64,000 bases of DNA from Callorhinchus milii (taxonomy: Eukaryota): the NCBI RefSeq assembly GCF_018977255.1, contig NW_024704742.1, positions 22,818,001 to 22,882,000 of the forward strand. The letters are read 5' to 3'. How positions within the stretch are numbered: the stretch's first letter is position 1; each line of letters starts with the position of its first letter. Positions 25,392-38,627 of this stretch are shown here, piece after piece. The translations under genes were made by a program, and so were the position numbers. The notes under the pieces are model-generated. The model worked only from the letters and a program-made list of their open reading frames with translations, searched no databases and was not told the DNA's origin.

Positions 25392-26299
25392 CAGTAAACA
25401 ATCAAAATGTTTTCGAATTAAATTCTCCAATTTTGATTTGCTTCCCCTTTTACAGATATAATCCTATATCAGGCACTTTCCCCACATGGTGTTTTGTACC
25501 TTTGTTAACACTGTTCAGTGAATGTCTGACATGACTCCAGTGATATTTTCTGTTCCACCCTGTTGATAAGCACATGTTCTTTGCAGTGAGTCCCTCCTTG
25601 CAATGAGCCAGATATTAATTAGCCACAAATCTTCACACTGCCACTTGCAATGCCCTGCGTCACTGCCCTTTTCCCTCCAACATTTAAAGTAATAATCTCT
25701 TTATACTTATCCAACTTACATTACATGGATAATTTTACCTTCACTTGTGTCAAACTACTATCACTATATATGTACTTTTAACTGAAAGCTATCTTGAACA
25801 CACTGTTGTCTTGTGTTGTAAGTCATTCAGCATTATCACTGCAAAATGTATTCTGAAAATTGCCCTGCTGTTTGCAAAGTAAATCAATATTAAATCCAAA
25901 ATGTTATGTTCTCACCAATGTGGTAAAACAACACAGCCTCTACGGCAAATTCACCCCTCTTTTTCCTCACTCTGCCCCATTAAATTAGTGTGCCACTCGG
26001 CAGCCTGATAGAAAAGACTTTCTATTGCTGTTCTGCATGATACACGTCCTACAGGTCCTTAGAGAGCCTGTTAAGACTATGCGCACAAGTTACTCCATTG
26101 AGATAATGAACTGTTTAAAAGTTATTTCGTGCTAAGAGGACTTTACCCCTCAGTGCATTCAACTTCTTGGGTCAAGTCGCAACAGAAAAGCAATGTGCAG
26201 CATGAATGAATGATGTGCATTAAAACAGCGCAGAAGAGCCATGTAATTATCTACATTTACAAAGATGACCCATGAAAACTATTTTAACAATAGTTGTTA

Positions 26300-26690
26300 G
26301 CTGTCCGTTGGCCTAGTGGGGATCCCAATGCAGCTTTGGGCCGTATGTATTGGATGGTTGTAGGTTTGAGTTCCAGTCTGTGCTGTTCTCAACTTACTTG
26401 TTACTGACCTCAGACAGCGCAGCAGTTGGAGAAGCCCCTCGTGTTCAGTGGTTTGGGATATCCTCCCGACATGAAAGGCACTATATAAATGTCAATTTGT
26501 ATCATATTGTGTTTTCATTGGGTGCTGGCTGGATTGTGACCCCTTTTGGTCGAATAACCTGCTGATACCCATTGCTCAGGTTGATGCATAAAAAATAAGA
26601 GCAATTGGACAATTTAGTGGTGGGCGATTAAACCAGTGGAGCTGACCCCACTAACAAGGAAAAATGAAGGAGAAAAATTGGCAGGAAAAA
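26300..26690 (+). mobile_element. Old unclassified SINE-like family copy (contains an L2 tail at ~26440-26510)
   Basis: Collinear blocks with 28125-28530, 20700-20920 and 45515-45640; ends 'ggagaaaaattggc'. Confidence 0.55.
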
Positions 26691-28124
26691 AGTAGTTAAT
26701 AAATTGAGTTGGGGCACATCTAGCTAAATGCTTGCTTATCATGCTTACAAGCTAATTCTTCCCTTTTTAACTTAGAGGGAACAATTCCTGAACACACTGC
26801 ATTGATAGCTTTTAGACTTAAACTAACTGCATAGTACAAACACCAGCATCCTCCCTTGTGCCTTTTAGCAAAACATCAGTTAACCAGCCAGTATCGAAAA
26901 GAATTTAACTGAGTTCTGAAAACTAGGTCACTAAATCTGTTGACACATATTTATAACAGCAAAAGAGAATGTTTGGCCTTTCAAATAGGGAAATCTCCCA
27001 AAATGTTTCACAGAGGCAGAATGGGAGCGTGAGCTGGGTGGGAGACGGGCGGGTCGGGAAAGAGTTGGAGAGAGCAGACTGAAGTTGCAGAGATGGATTG
27101 TTTTGACCGGTTTTGACAGTAGAGAGGAAGGTAGCAGGACAGAGAGATTTAGGGAGAGAAGCTCATTCAGTGATGAAGGGTTGGAGAGTGTGGGCAATGT
27201 GGAACAAGCCTGAGATATCAGAGCAGAGACAAATAATTAAATATATTAACGATAATAATCCTTGCATTTGATTTAGTGTCATTCACATCAGGAGAAGCTT
27301 CACAAGAACTGCTTCACAAGATTTATTATAAAATGTGGTGGACTGTGGATTTTGTAAGCAAACGCGGCAGCCAATTTGTGGACAGCAATGTCCCACAAAC
27401 ATTGTGCTGGTTAAAACTCCTGCCTAGGACTTTATACCGTAATTTCAAAAAGTCACTTATATTCAAAATAAGGCCAAACCCATATCCTTATGGATTACAG
27501 ATAAAAGCAAACTGCTCACTATTTTGCAGAAATTGTTTTCAGGTCATGAAAATTACCCAAACCCTAAAATGAATGCAATTTCCTTCTCAGCTGTGACGTC
27601 TAATTCATATTCCAGATGTTGTGAAGCAAAATGAAACACACTGACTAAAAGTCCTGTCATTGATTCAGAGTTAGGCTCAGCCATACAAAACAATTCACAG
27701 GAAAGAAATAAACACCCCAGAACAAGTATTAACAGATCAACAAAAGTTAACTGAATTGTTTTGGCGTTTCAAGGTAGATTGGTTGCAATTCAACAGTAAT
27801 ACTGCATTTGCTTAATGCTAGCAAACCAGGTCTCCGTTCACTTTACAAGACTGTTCTTGCCATATTAGGGAGTTTTCAGATAGTCTAAACTGCTAGAATA
27901 GCTAAAAGCAATTTCCTCCAAAACTCCACTGCATCACCTTCATGTCGTCTCGAGAGAAATGACTATCCTTCACTTGCTTGAACTCTTTCATTTTTGAAAT
28001 GCCATTTATTCAAAGTTTAATAAAGTAATTGGTGATGCCGTTGTGACGCACTGCGCAGAAATGACAAAGCAGAATTTTAAAGGAGACTTTAGTCTTTTAC
28101 ATGGGATAACGTTTGCTAAAAAAA

Positions 28125-28530
28125 ATCTGCTTCCCCTGGTAGTGAGCCACACAAACTGGCCTGGTTCAATTTTGACTAGTGGTCAGTTCACCTCAGTTGG
28201 GGTTACAGTAGCTGTATTCCAATTGGAATCAGCATCTCAATTTAGGGAGGGTTATGAAACAGCAGACAATGTTTCCACTCTTGATCATGCTCCAGTACTT
28301 TTCTTAAAAATGCAGATGGGGTTGGGGGAAGACAAAATTAGGCTTGGCTGAAGCATCCCACCTACACACACATAAACCAGGTCAAATGACCTCCTTCCAC
28401 TGACTGACAGATAAGACTCGCACATGATAAATGACCACTTGGACGAGGTACCAGATCATGAGTGCCACCAGTGAAACAATTTCAGTAGAAGGAAAAATAA
28501 GAGTCATGAGAAAAGAGAGAAAATTGGCGG
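28125..28530 (+). mobile_element. Old unclassified SINE-like family copy
   Basis: 'gagccacacaaac..ggttcaat', 'catgataaatgaccacttggacgaggtacc', 'gagaaaattggc' shared with sibling copies. Confidence 0.6.
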
Positions 28531-28644
28531 AACATTTATTTTGAAAAAGAGCAAGGTTTTAAGTAGATTTTACGTTTCTTTCCTCACTCAGCCCAAAGAC
28601 AGAACAGATTCCCGACTGGCTAAACCACTGTTTCCAACTGCACA

Positions 28645-28885
28645 GCTTATAAGAACATAAGAAATAAGAAATAAATACTAGACGCAAAAAAGACCCAGGT
28701 CCATCTAATTCACCTTCCAACTTCTTGGTGGTCGCGTGCACATATGTCTCAAACTACCTATGCACTATATTCCCTAATGCTATTTCCTAAAAGATAATTA
28801 TCTAATCTGTTTTTGAAGAAATCAATATTTCCTGCTTCAACTATCTCCCTAGGGAGCCTGCTCCACAGGTTTACTATTCGCTTTT
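28645..28885 (-). mobile_element. CR1 3' end fragment
   Basis: 'SQKRIVNLWSRLPREIVEAGNIDFFKNRLD' in ORF 28758-29009; ATAAGAAC-type tail. Confidence 0.85.
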
Positions 28886-29399
28886 GACTGACTGTAAATA
28901 GAAAAGGAATTACGTAAAAGAATAATTTTGGTAATGGATGTCTCTGAAAATGAAGGCAATGCTCCTTGATCAAACTGAATCTTAAAATCATTCGATTCTG
29001 GATGTTCAAAAGCCCCGTTCCCTAAATTGAATTTGAACTTATTTTCCGAGTAGAATTTTAATGTTACTTCAATGAGGTAAGAATTTACATTTCTTTTGAT
29101 TTTTCACAGCCCTGTGTGGCTCCATCTATTAGGGAAATAAACATATTTCACACTTAAGCAGCAGTGTCTTGAAGAAAAGCGGTTTAGCGATCATTTGATG
29201 TCTGGAGCTGAGGAAGAGTCTGGGGATTACTGTACTGTACTCAGTAGTTTCACACTCCAGCAGTGATGCAAACTGTGCATTTTGTAGCAATTTTTCCACT
29301 ACATGCATCATTGTGCAAGCAATCAAATGGAAAAAAAAGCCACTCAACCACGTTTGCGTAAATTATAGGGTTCAGATGGCGACCCGATCAGGGGGAGAG

Positions 29400-29630
29400 A
29401 TGTCCACAAACAGTCGTGGATTGAATGACCAAACTATTATTTATATATTTTTTGAAGGGAAAAGCGATCCCTAACAACTAACAACTAAAACAACCGGGTT
29501 CCTATTTACTGCAAAGTAAACAGAGAGGTGTGGATTAAGGAAATTTGCCTAAGGTTTTGCCCTGCCTGGTTATCGAACCTGGGTCCTTTCGCTTGCGAGG
29601 TGAGTGCTCTAACCAATACACTACAGGACC
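29400..29630 (-). mobile_element. 5' half of the young tRNA-SINE
   Basis: Head 'tatcgaacctgggtcc...gtgctctaaccaatacactacaggac' on the reverse strand. Confidence 0.88.
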
Positions 29631-32600
29631 TGAGGCAGGGTGCAACTCCTTGAACACTGCTTTCCAGTGTAGCCCTAATCTTAAAAATAACACATCCCGA
29701 CTGCACTAACATGACATTTCTTCAACCAGGTAGCCTTATTGCTCCTCTGACACTGTAGATACAGGATTTAAGACACCACAGTGATTCTACCTTGGATTTC
29801 CCATTATAAACTCGACAATATTAACAACCAGTGGCATTTCAACTGGAATTTTTAAAATAGTGATAATATCTGATCAAATGAGGAAAGAAAACAAATAATC
29901 CACCTTGTAAAATAAAAAATGTTGATTGGAACCCAACATTAAAGTAACATTAATGTAACCCAACATTAAAGAGTACTCACAGCCATCCTTACTTGTAAAG
30001 TGAATATTGATGCCCAACTTACTCAAAAGCTTTTGTGTTAGAGACCCTTATCATAGAAACTGATATTATCAGGACAGAAGGATGCCATTCGGCCATCGAA
30101 TTTGTGCCACCTCTATCTGTATTACTTATTATGATTTTTTTATTAATCCCGTTTTGAAACCCTATCTCTTTATGCCTTAATGTTTCACTGCCCTGGTGTT
30201 TTATTCCACTTCACCTTTTAGTGAAGAAATTCTTTCCAACCTCTCCCCTAATTTTTCTTCAAAGAATCCTGAACATATAGTATTCTGATAACACAGTACA
30301 ATAAAACTGTACTCATGGCCAAAACAGTGGTTCAGCAACCCAAAGCTTTGGCTTGATTCTGTCTTCATAACCTAATAAATATTCTCTGCAACTAAACGTT
30401 GCTGCCAGTGAAGGTTAAAAGTCAGTGAAACGTCCCCACAAGCTACTTTCTTCCACCACAAATATGAGAAAGGGGAATTACAGTTTTCTACATAGTCAAA
30501 CGATAAAAAAAATTGCAAATCACAAAGTGGCTTTATAAGTGAAATGTGTGGACTTTTCTGAGATATGTCTATCAAAAACATTTAAACTGATCACTTCATA
30601 ATGGTTATGGAGTTTCAATTAATCAGTTCTTGCCATTGACCCTTTTTTTAAAAAAATCTGATTTAAAAAGTCCCTTATCCAGTTTTTAGAATTGTCAGGG
30701 TTCCTTGATTGTAGATTTTTATAAATAAAAAATAATAATCATTGCATTTAATCACCGCCTTTCATTTCGGGAATCTCAAAGTGCTTCACAGGATTTATTG
30801 TAAAGTGCGGTGACTGTGTATTTTGTAGGCAGGCAAGTTAAGTGATATAAAATTTCTGACAAAATTTCAAAAGTTTGTGTACAATGCAACAAAGCACTTT
30901 AATTTACGGAAGTGTAGATTTATTGTTTCCAAACACACAGCCAGACAAAGAGCTCCGAGAGCGCCAATTATCAACTGGCAAACAAATAGAGTCTGATGAG
31001 ACAAAGTGATGGATTCAGCTTGCAGTGTTCCAATAAGAGATCATTAAGTTATTGACTTGGTAATTGAATTTGCTGACACCCAGTCAACTTAGTTTGAAGC
31101 ATCGATCATTTTCAGCACATAAGCGCCTGATGAAAATCTTAATTTGTTTACTGATGTGGCAATTCAATTTACGCCCCCACACACACAAACACACCGTGGT
31201 TTTCCAGTCAAGAGTTCTGAAATGGCTTCTGCATCTTGATTTAACTGAATTGGTCCAGTCAAGAGGCAATGAGTCCATTCAAATCATTAAGAAATTCAGA
31301 TTTCTGAGAATGGAGAACACAAACTCGAAAAACAAAATACAAAGTTTGGATTCATGGAATCTTCTGATCCCACAAGTGGAAACACGGATTTTTTGTAAAA
31401 CAAAGCTATTTTAAAAATGAAGATATCTGAGTAGCAATCTCCCTATGTTTTCATTCTCTTCTTCATGCAGAGGGCAAAGCATTTCAGTGATGTGAGTCAC
31501 TTACTTGACCTTCCATGAATCGTAGTCTATAGAGTGGACATGCAGGCCTATTCTCAGGACAGACATACAGCCTGTTGCGAAGATCTTGTCTGGCCAGCGG
31601 TGACTTACATCTCAATTTAACCTCCACCCCCTCCACGCCTTCAATAGCACAGACTAAGAACATAGTACAGAATGTCTGGAATTTGATCCTGTTCCTGGCC
31701 TTGGCAATGAGCCAAAGAATTGCCCGGATTTAATTGCAATGTAAGAATCCGCTGAGAAATCGGGTATCAAATTTATCGGCACTTTGTTTGTCGAATAATT
31801 GAGGTGACAAATTAGCCTTTAAGAACGTTATGCTGATTTGCAAAGGCTTGTGTTGCAGTAGCCCAGCTTTCCATGTGTTGCAGCGTCCTTCCATATGATA
31901 CTGAGCTCAATTGGCAGACTCCTTGCGCGGTGGAGTGGGGGAGAGGGGGGAGAAAGGAATTGAATCCTGTTCCTTATCGTTGAAAGTTTCAACTGTGTGA
32001 CAGTTGGTGAGCCCTAGATCAGTCTTGGCTATAACTCTTCCCAGTATATATATACTTCTCAAAATATTCTGTGAAACGCTTTGAGAAGTTTTGACAATGC
32101 GATAAGTAGCTATATCAAATGCAAGGATTATTTTTCTTATTATTATAATACACAAAACTTTCACTCCAACCTAAGATCATCTCAGAAATGAGTGCTTGCA
32201 TGACATAAACGAGGCTCCCTCCTGAAAACGCAGTTTACTCCACAGATAATTTTTCTAGCAGCGAAGGCACAAAGTAATAGTGTCACATTTTTTTTTAACC
32301 CCATGAATCTCTTGGCTTTTGCGTACTGAACAGCAACTTGAGGTGTTGAAGGGCTGCTGATGTTCACAGAATGATATATAGTTGTGAGTCAACCCTTTAT
32401 GAGACACCCAATGGCAGAAAACTAGAGAGGAGGGAAGTCAGTTTATTTTTAATTAAAAAGAAACAGCTCAAATTTTGGCACAACAAATACCATTTAAGCT
32501 CCAAACTTCTGTAAAGACGTTGACAGGTGCAAAGCAGAATGCTGAATTTTAAGCTTTGACCTACTTATAAGTGGGGCTGTGAAATTAACGTTTTGCTGTT

Positions 32601-32738
32601 CAGTCAGAATGACTTTCTAATTATGTATTGTACTGCAGAACTTGCCTTTTGGTTCTGTGGTTGGGATTCCAGTGATGTTTTTACTTACGATGCATTACAG
32701 ACCATCCTTCTTCAGGTGACATTTTTGTGAGTCATATT

Positions 32739-33027
32739 TTTGGTCAGCGGAAACCCATCACCATGCTTAAGAGTATCCAAACCGAGCTTTCCATACATTC
32801 CACCTACACATTAAATTCCCAGAGATAAGATTGTTGGAGTGGAATGCGCACCACCTCCCTGGACGGACGCATCCTGCTAACCTAATTCCAGAAAGTATTA
32901 GCGCAGGTTGGCAAGAGCCAAGGCTTGGGGACCTCAGTGTGCATTGGAGTACTGCTGGAGTCTAACCAGCTAAAACCAGATAGCTTGCCAATGATATTGC
33001 TGTCTGGGAAGCTTTCTCGCCACTTGA
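32739..33027 (+). repeat. Unclassified ~300-bp dispersed repeat, copy 1
   Basis: Collinear with the reverse complement of 55062-55370; exact blocks GCGGAAACCCATCACC, AGAGTATCCAAAC, GGCAAGAGCCAAGG. Confidence 0.9.
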
Positions 33028-33158
33028 AACTTTTGACTCCAAACTTTGACTGCAAGCTGGACTACTGAGACCGCCACAGAGGGCTGGCTCAATTCCGACG
33101 TTCCATTGCCAGGCATGTCACCTTGGAGCCAGTTCAGCTCCAAGGTGACCCCACTTAC

Positions 33159-33289
33159 CTCCTCCCCCCAAGGAGGATAGAGTCACAGCGAGTTACTTTG
33201 AACGAACAAGACTGACCTACATTACTCCTCGAAAATTGTACAACAGTAACTAGTATCAGTTCTAAATAGCTGGTGAATGTGTCGTCCAT
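33159..33289 (-). CDS. Candidate coding exon MDDTFTSYLELILVTVVQFSRSNVGQSCSFKVTRCDSILLGGR (unknown gene)
   Basis: GTGATGG Kozak, 43 open codons + 2 nt, consensus donor AG|GTAAGT, possible acceptor 'actttcag' 10 nt upstream; no recognised homology. Confidence 0.25.
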
Positions 33290-34819
33290 CACAATGCATC
33301 TGAAAGTCATTACATAACCCTGATATGCTCCACGTCATTCTATGCACACAGTGCAGCGCAGCAGAAGTGGAAGGTTCCTTAACCGGTCCATGAATCTGCC
33401 GAGTGATAATTACAAACCAATTGGGCAGCATCAGAAATAAACCCAGGACTTCTTTTTCAGTTCATCGGCCCATTTCAGAAATCACAATCCATTGAGTCAC
33501 CCACGGTTCTCTCATGATTCTTTTTTTTCAGATCTGTCACACACTATCCGATCTGTCAGGGTTTAAATGTTTCCTTGGGTTCACAAGCATGTTCACTTGA
33601 AAAGTACTACGGCAGTTTTTTTTAATAAAATGATCAGCTTCCGAACCAATAATTGAAAAGGCAGCGGTGCAGAAATTTCCATTCAGTTTACTCTCAACGA
33701 TGTTTGTAGTGAAGCCACCTGCTGCTTTGCGAGTGGGAAATGTGGTACCACTGTGAATTACAGTGTTCTTTCATTTACAGGTAGCATTAACACAGCATTG
33801 AGATTAAACCTGCCATCGATTACAAGGTTAGAATCAAGAGCACGAATATTCATTTGTGTCAAATTGTAATTTAACAAAATAATACCTGGAATGTGCAAAT
33901 ATTACAATATCCGTTGCTGATGGTTCAGAGAAGAAAGGGACTGGACTGGTGCTGGAATACCAATTGCAGGCTTGGGGCCTGAATCTCAGGCTGGGTTGGC
34001 ACTCATTCTGAGTTAGAAACTTGATGCATCTGAACATCCTTATTCACCCACCAATATATACCCCACCTCTGTCCCAGACATGCTGTCCTTGCTGCTTTTT
34101 GTAAACAAATGTTGCTCCAAAATATGGCAATGAGTTGGAGAAACCAAGGAATGGAGTGAACATCACTACTTGATCTGACCAGGACTCTAGCTCATCCTTA
34201 AATAATAATAATAATCATCCTTTCATTTGATATATTTCACTTAACACAAAATGTATTGATTATTATTATCAGCTTCTTAGGCCTCCTTTCCTTTTTCAAG
34301 GCACAGTGTAGTGGTTCAGGTGATTTACCAGCAACCCACATACCACAGGCAAAGCACAAGAGGGACAGAGAAACAGCACTTCACTTCCCTGTTTTACCAC
34401 AAGATCCCCAGAGAAGAACATTTTGTATTAGCAGCACATCCCTCTCAAAGTCCGAATCACCAACTGTACATTTTGTTTCAAAAATCAGTCTAGATTTACA
34501 TTAAACTCAATACAAGGATTGTATTCTCTTTTAAAAAATAAACTTTGTACCTTACAGAATAAGGTCAATTTAGTAAATACAGATTATACAGTATATTCTG
34601 TGAAGTGCTTTGAGACGTCTCAAAGACGTAATAAGGCACTATATCAAATGCAAGGATTACTATTATTAATGTTCCACAAGAGCAATCTGATGGGTTTTGT
34701 ATGTGAGTTCTATTGCTCTTTAGATTGCGCAAACTGCCATTGGCAATTCCAGCTAAGGCAGCACCAAAGAGTACTTTTGGTGTCAGATTCAAAATGAATT
34801 TGAGTTTAGTGTGGAAATA

Positions 34820-34995
34820 ATCATGTGGTCCCTCAATCCACGACTGTTTGTGGGACACTGCAGTGCACTGAAATTGGCTGCGCATTTCACCCACAAAATA
34901 CAGTCATTTCACTTTACAGTATATTCTGTGAAGCGCTTTGTGATGTCTCAACCACGTGATAAGGAGCTATATCAAATGAAAGGATTATTATTATT
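34820..34995 (+). mobile_element. 3' half of the young tRNA-SINE
   Basis: Same body and tail as 19140-19324. Confidence 0.9.
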
Positions 34996-35439
34996 GTTAA
35001 TTCTATGTGAAGATTGTTAGGAATATAGAAAAGAGCCTCCAGTACTCTGCATTTTGGATCTTACCCAATATCTACTTTATTTCACAACTAAATAAAGAAG
35101 GGGTGATCCCTATCCTGCAGATATCATGCTTTCCACAGCACAGGAGTAGATATAATGTTTTAAATATAAGTTTATTTATCCTAAATACAGTTTACAGATT
35201 TTTAAGCATTTTGCATTTTATGGTGACAAGGCTGTCAAACAGAAGACTCCTAAAGACCCTTGCATGATTTGATAAGCTATGATAATTGTGATTTATTAAT
35301 GTCCCAGTTTATGTCTATTATGCACATATAAGTGGTGCTTGAATATATTTGAGATTGTGTCAAAGATTTGTAAACTTTCATGAACAGCAAAACAACTTTG
35401 TTAGTAAACATTCTATCTCTTTCTGTGCTCTTTGATCTC

Positions 35440-35723
35440 CTTGGCTGTGGTGCTGTGCATAGGATAGCGTTCAATCTCTCTGTCCCCACCCTTTGGAACT
35501 CCATTCCACAGAACCTTCACCTTGCTCCCTCCCTTGCCTCCTTCAAGGTATGTCTCAAGACGCTCCTCTTCTACCACACCTTCGATCACCCTCCTAGCCC
35601 TACCCGGCCTGGATCCTTCCTGATCCCAAACCCCTGCTCAGTTCCAAATCCGTGACTGTCCAGCGGATTGGGAAGTCCTCCTGACGTGAAAGGCGCTGTA
35701 CAAATATCATTTGTTGTTGTTGT
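35440..35723 (+). mobile_element. L2 3' end fragment
   Basis: 'PTLWNSIPQNLHLAPSLASFKVCLKTLLF' + 'gacgtgaaaggcgc' + (GTT)n. Confidence 0.9.
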
Positions 35724-36788
35724 TAAATGTGGGCAGAACTTTTTTTTGAAAATTCTTAAATGAAGTCTTAAATTGGAAGCAGTTTTCTGCTGTGGGAAAG
35801 CAGCTTTCACATTAAGGTTCAATTTAAAATCTTTCCAATTTCTGCACAAGCTTAAATTTTGAAACTGATCTTAAGGTTAAGATCATGAAACATTTAGGCT
35901 TCAATTACAATCCCCATGGTCCCTCAATGCAGACATCCAGTGAAACTTGAAACCCCTAAATATCTAAATGGTTTACCACTATATCCCTGTGAACCACAGC
36001 CTCTGGGCTGTGCACCACATGTCTGAACTGTGTCCATGAGAGAGCTTGCACAGTATTATCAGTCTTCAGATGATTCTTCGGGGACAGGGTGGGGAAAGTA
36101 TGAGCCAAGCTTCCCACTCTAGATAACTGTCCAACATGTCTTTCTTGTTAACCAGTGTACATGTGGACATTGGGTTAGGATAAGATTACATTTAACTTAT
36201 GAACTAAAGTCTCGACTGTAATCCCAGACTCCAGTCCATTATCATCTGCCTCTCTTACCATCCCGCGCTCCCTTCCACCCACATCCATCTCAATGTCTTT
36301 GCTTCTAATGAACTGGATGACAGCTGCTTATGCACTGTTTGTGTCTTCTGGTTGGCACACCCCTCTGTTCCAATTGTAGCCAAAAAGCCTAGAGAATCAA
36401 CACGAATTTGGAGGTGAGGGGAATCCTATTATTTGTACAATCCACACACATTGCCTCTGCCTACGAAATGTTCATTGAGGATAAATGCTCTAAATGTACC
36501 CATGGGGAAGAAAATATAGTTAAACATCCACAGGCATTTAGTGCTTGATCATTAGCCTAATTTTCATGGAAGGATATCTGGATACAAAAGTTTTCTTATC
36601 TCAGTTTCATAAGTAAGTCTAAGGCACAAATATCAAACACTGTTTTGTGAGACCAAATTTCTTTGTTGTTCATCTAGCTGCTGCAGTGCCAACAACCAAA
36701 ATATTATTCAAACTGTAAGTAAATATGATCTGAATAAGGAAGGGTCTTATACTAAATGTGTTTTTTATTTATTACTGTAATAACATTT

Positions 36789-37819
36789 CAAACCTATTTT
36801 AAACCTGCCCTTCCTCGCAAAAGTCCTAGAACTCATTGTTGCCAATCAACTCCGTGCACACCTCTTCTCCCACTCCCTCTTCTAACCCTTCCAGTCCGGT
36901 TTCCGACCTGCCCACAGTACAGAGATTGTGCTTGTGAAAGTCTCAAATGATATCCTCTCTATCTCTCTCTGCCTCCTTATCCTCCTGGACCTCTCCGCCG
37001 CTTTCGACACAGTCGATCACGCCATCCTCCTCCACCGTCTTTCCTCCGTCATCCACCTCAGTGGGACCGCACTCGCCTGGTTCGAGTTCTACCTCACGAA
37101 CAGCCAGCAATACATCTGCATAAACGGCTTTTCCTCCCACTCTCACCCGGTTACCATCTGTCCCTCACCAGCACCGCTTTCTTCCACCTCCGACACATCG
37201 CCCGTCTCCGCCAATACCTCTCCCCAAAAGCCGCTGAAACCTGGTCCATGCCTTTGTCACCTCTCGGCTGGACTATTTAAATGCCCTCCTCCCCAGTCTC
37301 CCCTCCACTACCACTCACAAAATCCAGGTCATACAAAACTCTGCCGCCCGCTTTCTCACCCGCACCAAACTCCACTCCCCGATTATCCCAGTCCTTGCCA
37401 GACTGCCCTGGCTGCCTGTCCCAGAGAGGATCGACTTCAAGATCCTCACCCTTGTCTTCAAATCCCTCCACTCCTCTGCACCCCCCTACCTCTCTGACCT
37501 CCTCTCTCCTCACAACAGTACCTGTTGCCTTTGCTCCACCGGATCTGGCCTCCTCCTTGTCCCTCGAGTCTTCCTCTCCACCATCGGCGGCTGTACCTTC
37601 AGCCACTACGCCCCGAGGCTCTGAAACTCCCTTCCTCACTCCCTTCACCTCGCCCCCTCTCTTCCTATTTTCAGGTCTCAGCTGAAGACTTTTTTCGACC
37701 GCGCCTTTGGTCACTTTCCTCCCCCTCCCCCTGGCTCGGCCCCAGGATCTGTTACTGTGAAGCGCTCTGAGATGCCGTCCGGTGTGGAGGGCGCTATATA
37801 AATCCAAGTTGTTGTTGTT
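36789..37819 (+). mobile_element. L2-clade LINE fragment with internal deletion
   Basis: 'NLPFLAKVLE', 'KVSNDIL..LLILLDLSAAFDTVDHAILLHRL' RT motifs, then a jump to the ORF2 C-terminus and a (GTT)n tail. Confidence 0.95.
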
Positions 37820-38213
37820 ATAATAACAATAATAATAATTGTTGTGGTGAGAGTGCTACCAATTGAGCCAAGTTGACACCATTACTGAAACTTTCAATGA
37901 AAAAGCTGCACATGATGTAAATAGACTACCTCAGCCTAGGCAGTGACAGTATGCTGGTACTCACCAAAATGTATGGTCAGATTTTGTGTTTGCATATTAA
38001 ACTGGTATAAGGGCAAAGACAGGCTAACAAAAAACTTGTTTCTAATCACTTGCTGCTTCTCCTCCTTCCCTGAAGGGTATGAACTGCTGTAGTAAACAGG
38101 TGTTGGCAGTATCCCAATACCACACCCAAGTGGGCAGACACTCTTCACATGCTAACCTAGGCAGCAAACATAGGATTCTTCACCCAAGGGGCCATTTCAG
38201 GCAAATTTAACCC

Positions 38214-38627
38214 CGGGGGATGAGGAGCCAGTGGAGCTGGGTGAGGGTGTCTAGTGATGCGGTCATGGAGCCTAGTGCAGGAGAGGACAGGAGCTGCAGA
38301 GTTCTGGATGATCTGCAGCCTGTGGAGGGAAGAGTTTGGAAGACTGACAAGCAGAGAGTTGGCGTAGTCAAACCTAGATGGAATGCTTGCGTGGATGAGG
38401 GTTTCGGTGGCCGGAGGGGAGAGGCAGTGCCGGAGCCGGGCGATGCTGCGGAGCTGGGGGAAGGCAGAGCGGATCATGGCATGGATGTGAGGTAGAAAGG
38501 ACAGTTGGGGGTCAAATAAGATGCCAAGGTTCTGGACTGGCTCAGTGAGGTGAAGTGGGCATTCGTGAATGGTGATGCTGCCAGTGCCTGAGGTGGAGGC
38601 GCTGATGGGAGCCAATCAAGAGGCTCC
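38214..38627 (-). mobile_element. Internal L2 ORF2 fragment
   Basis: ORF 38157-38615 'VQNLGILFDPQLSFLPHI...RFDYANSLL'; same subfamily as 23755 and 56845. Confidence 0.92.
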
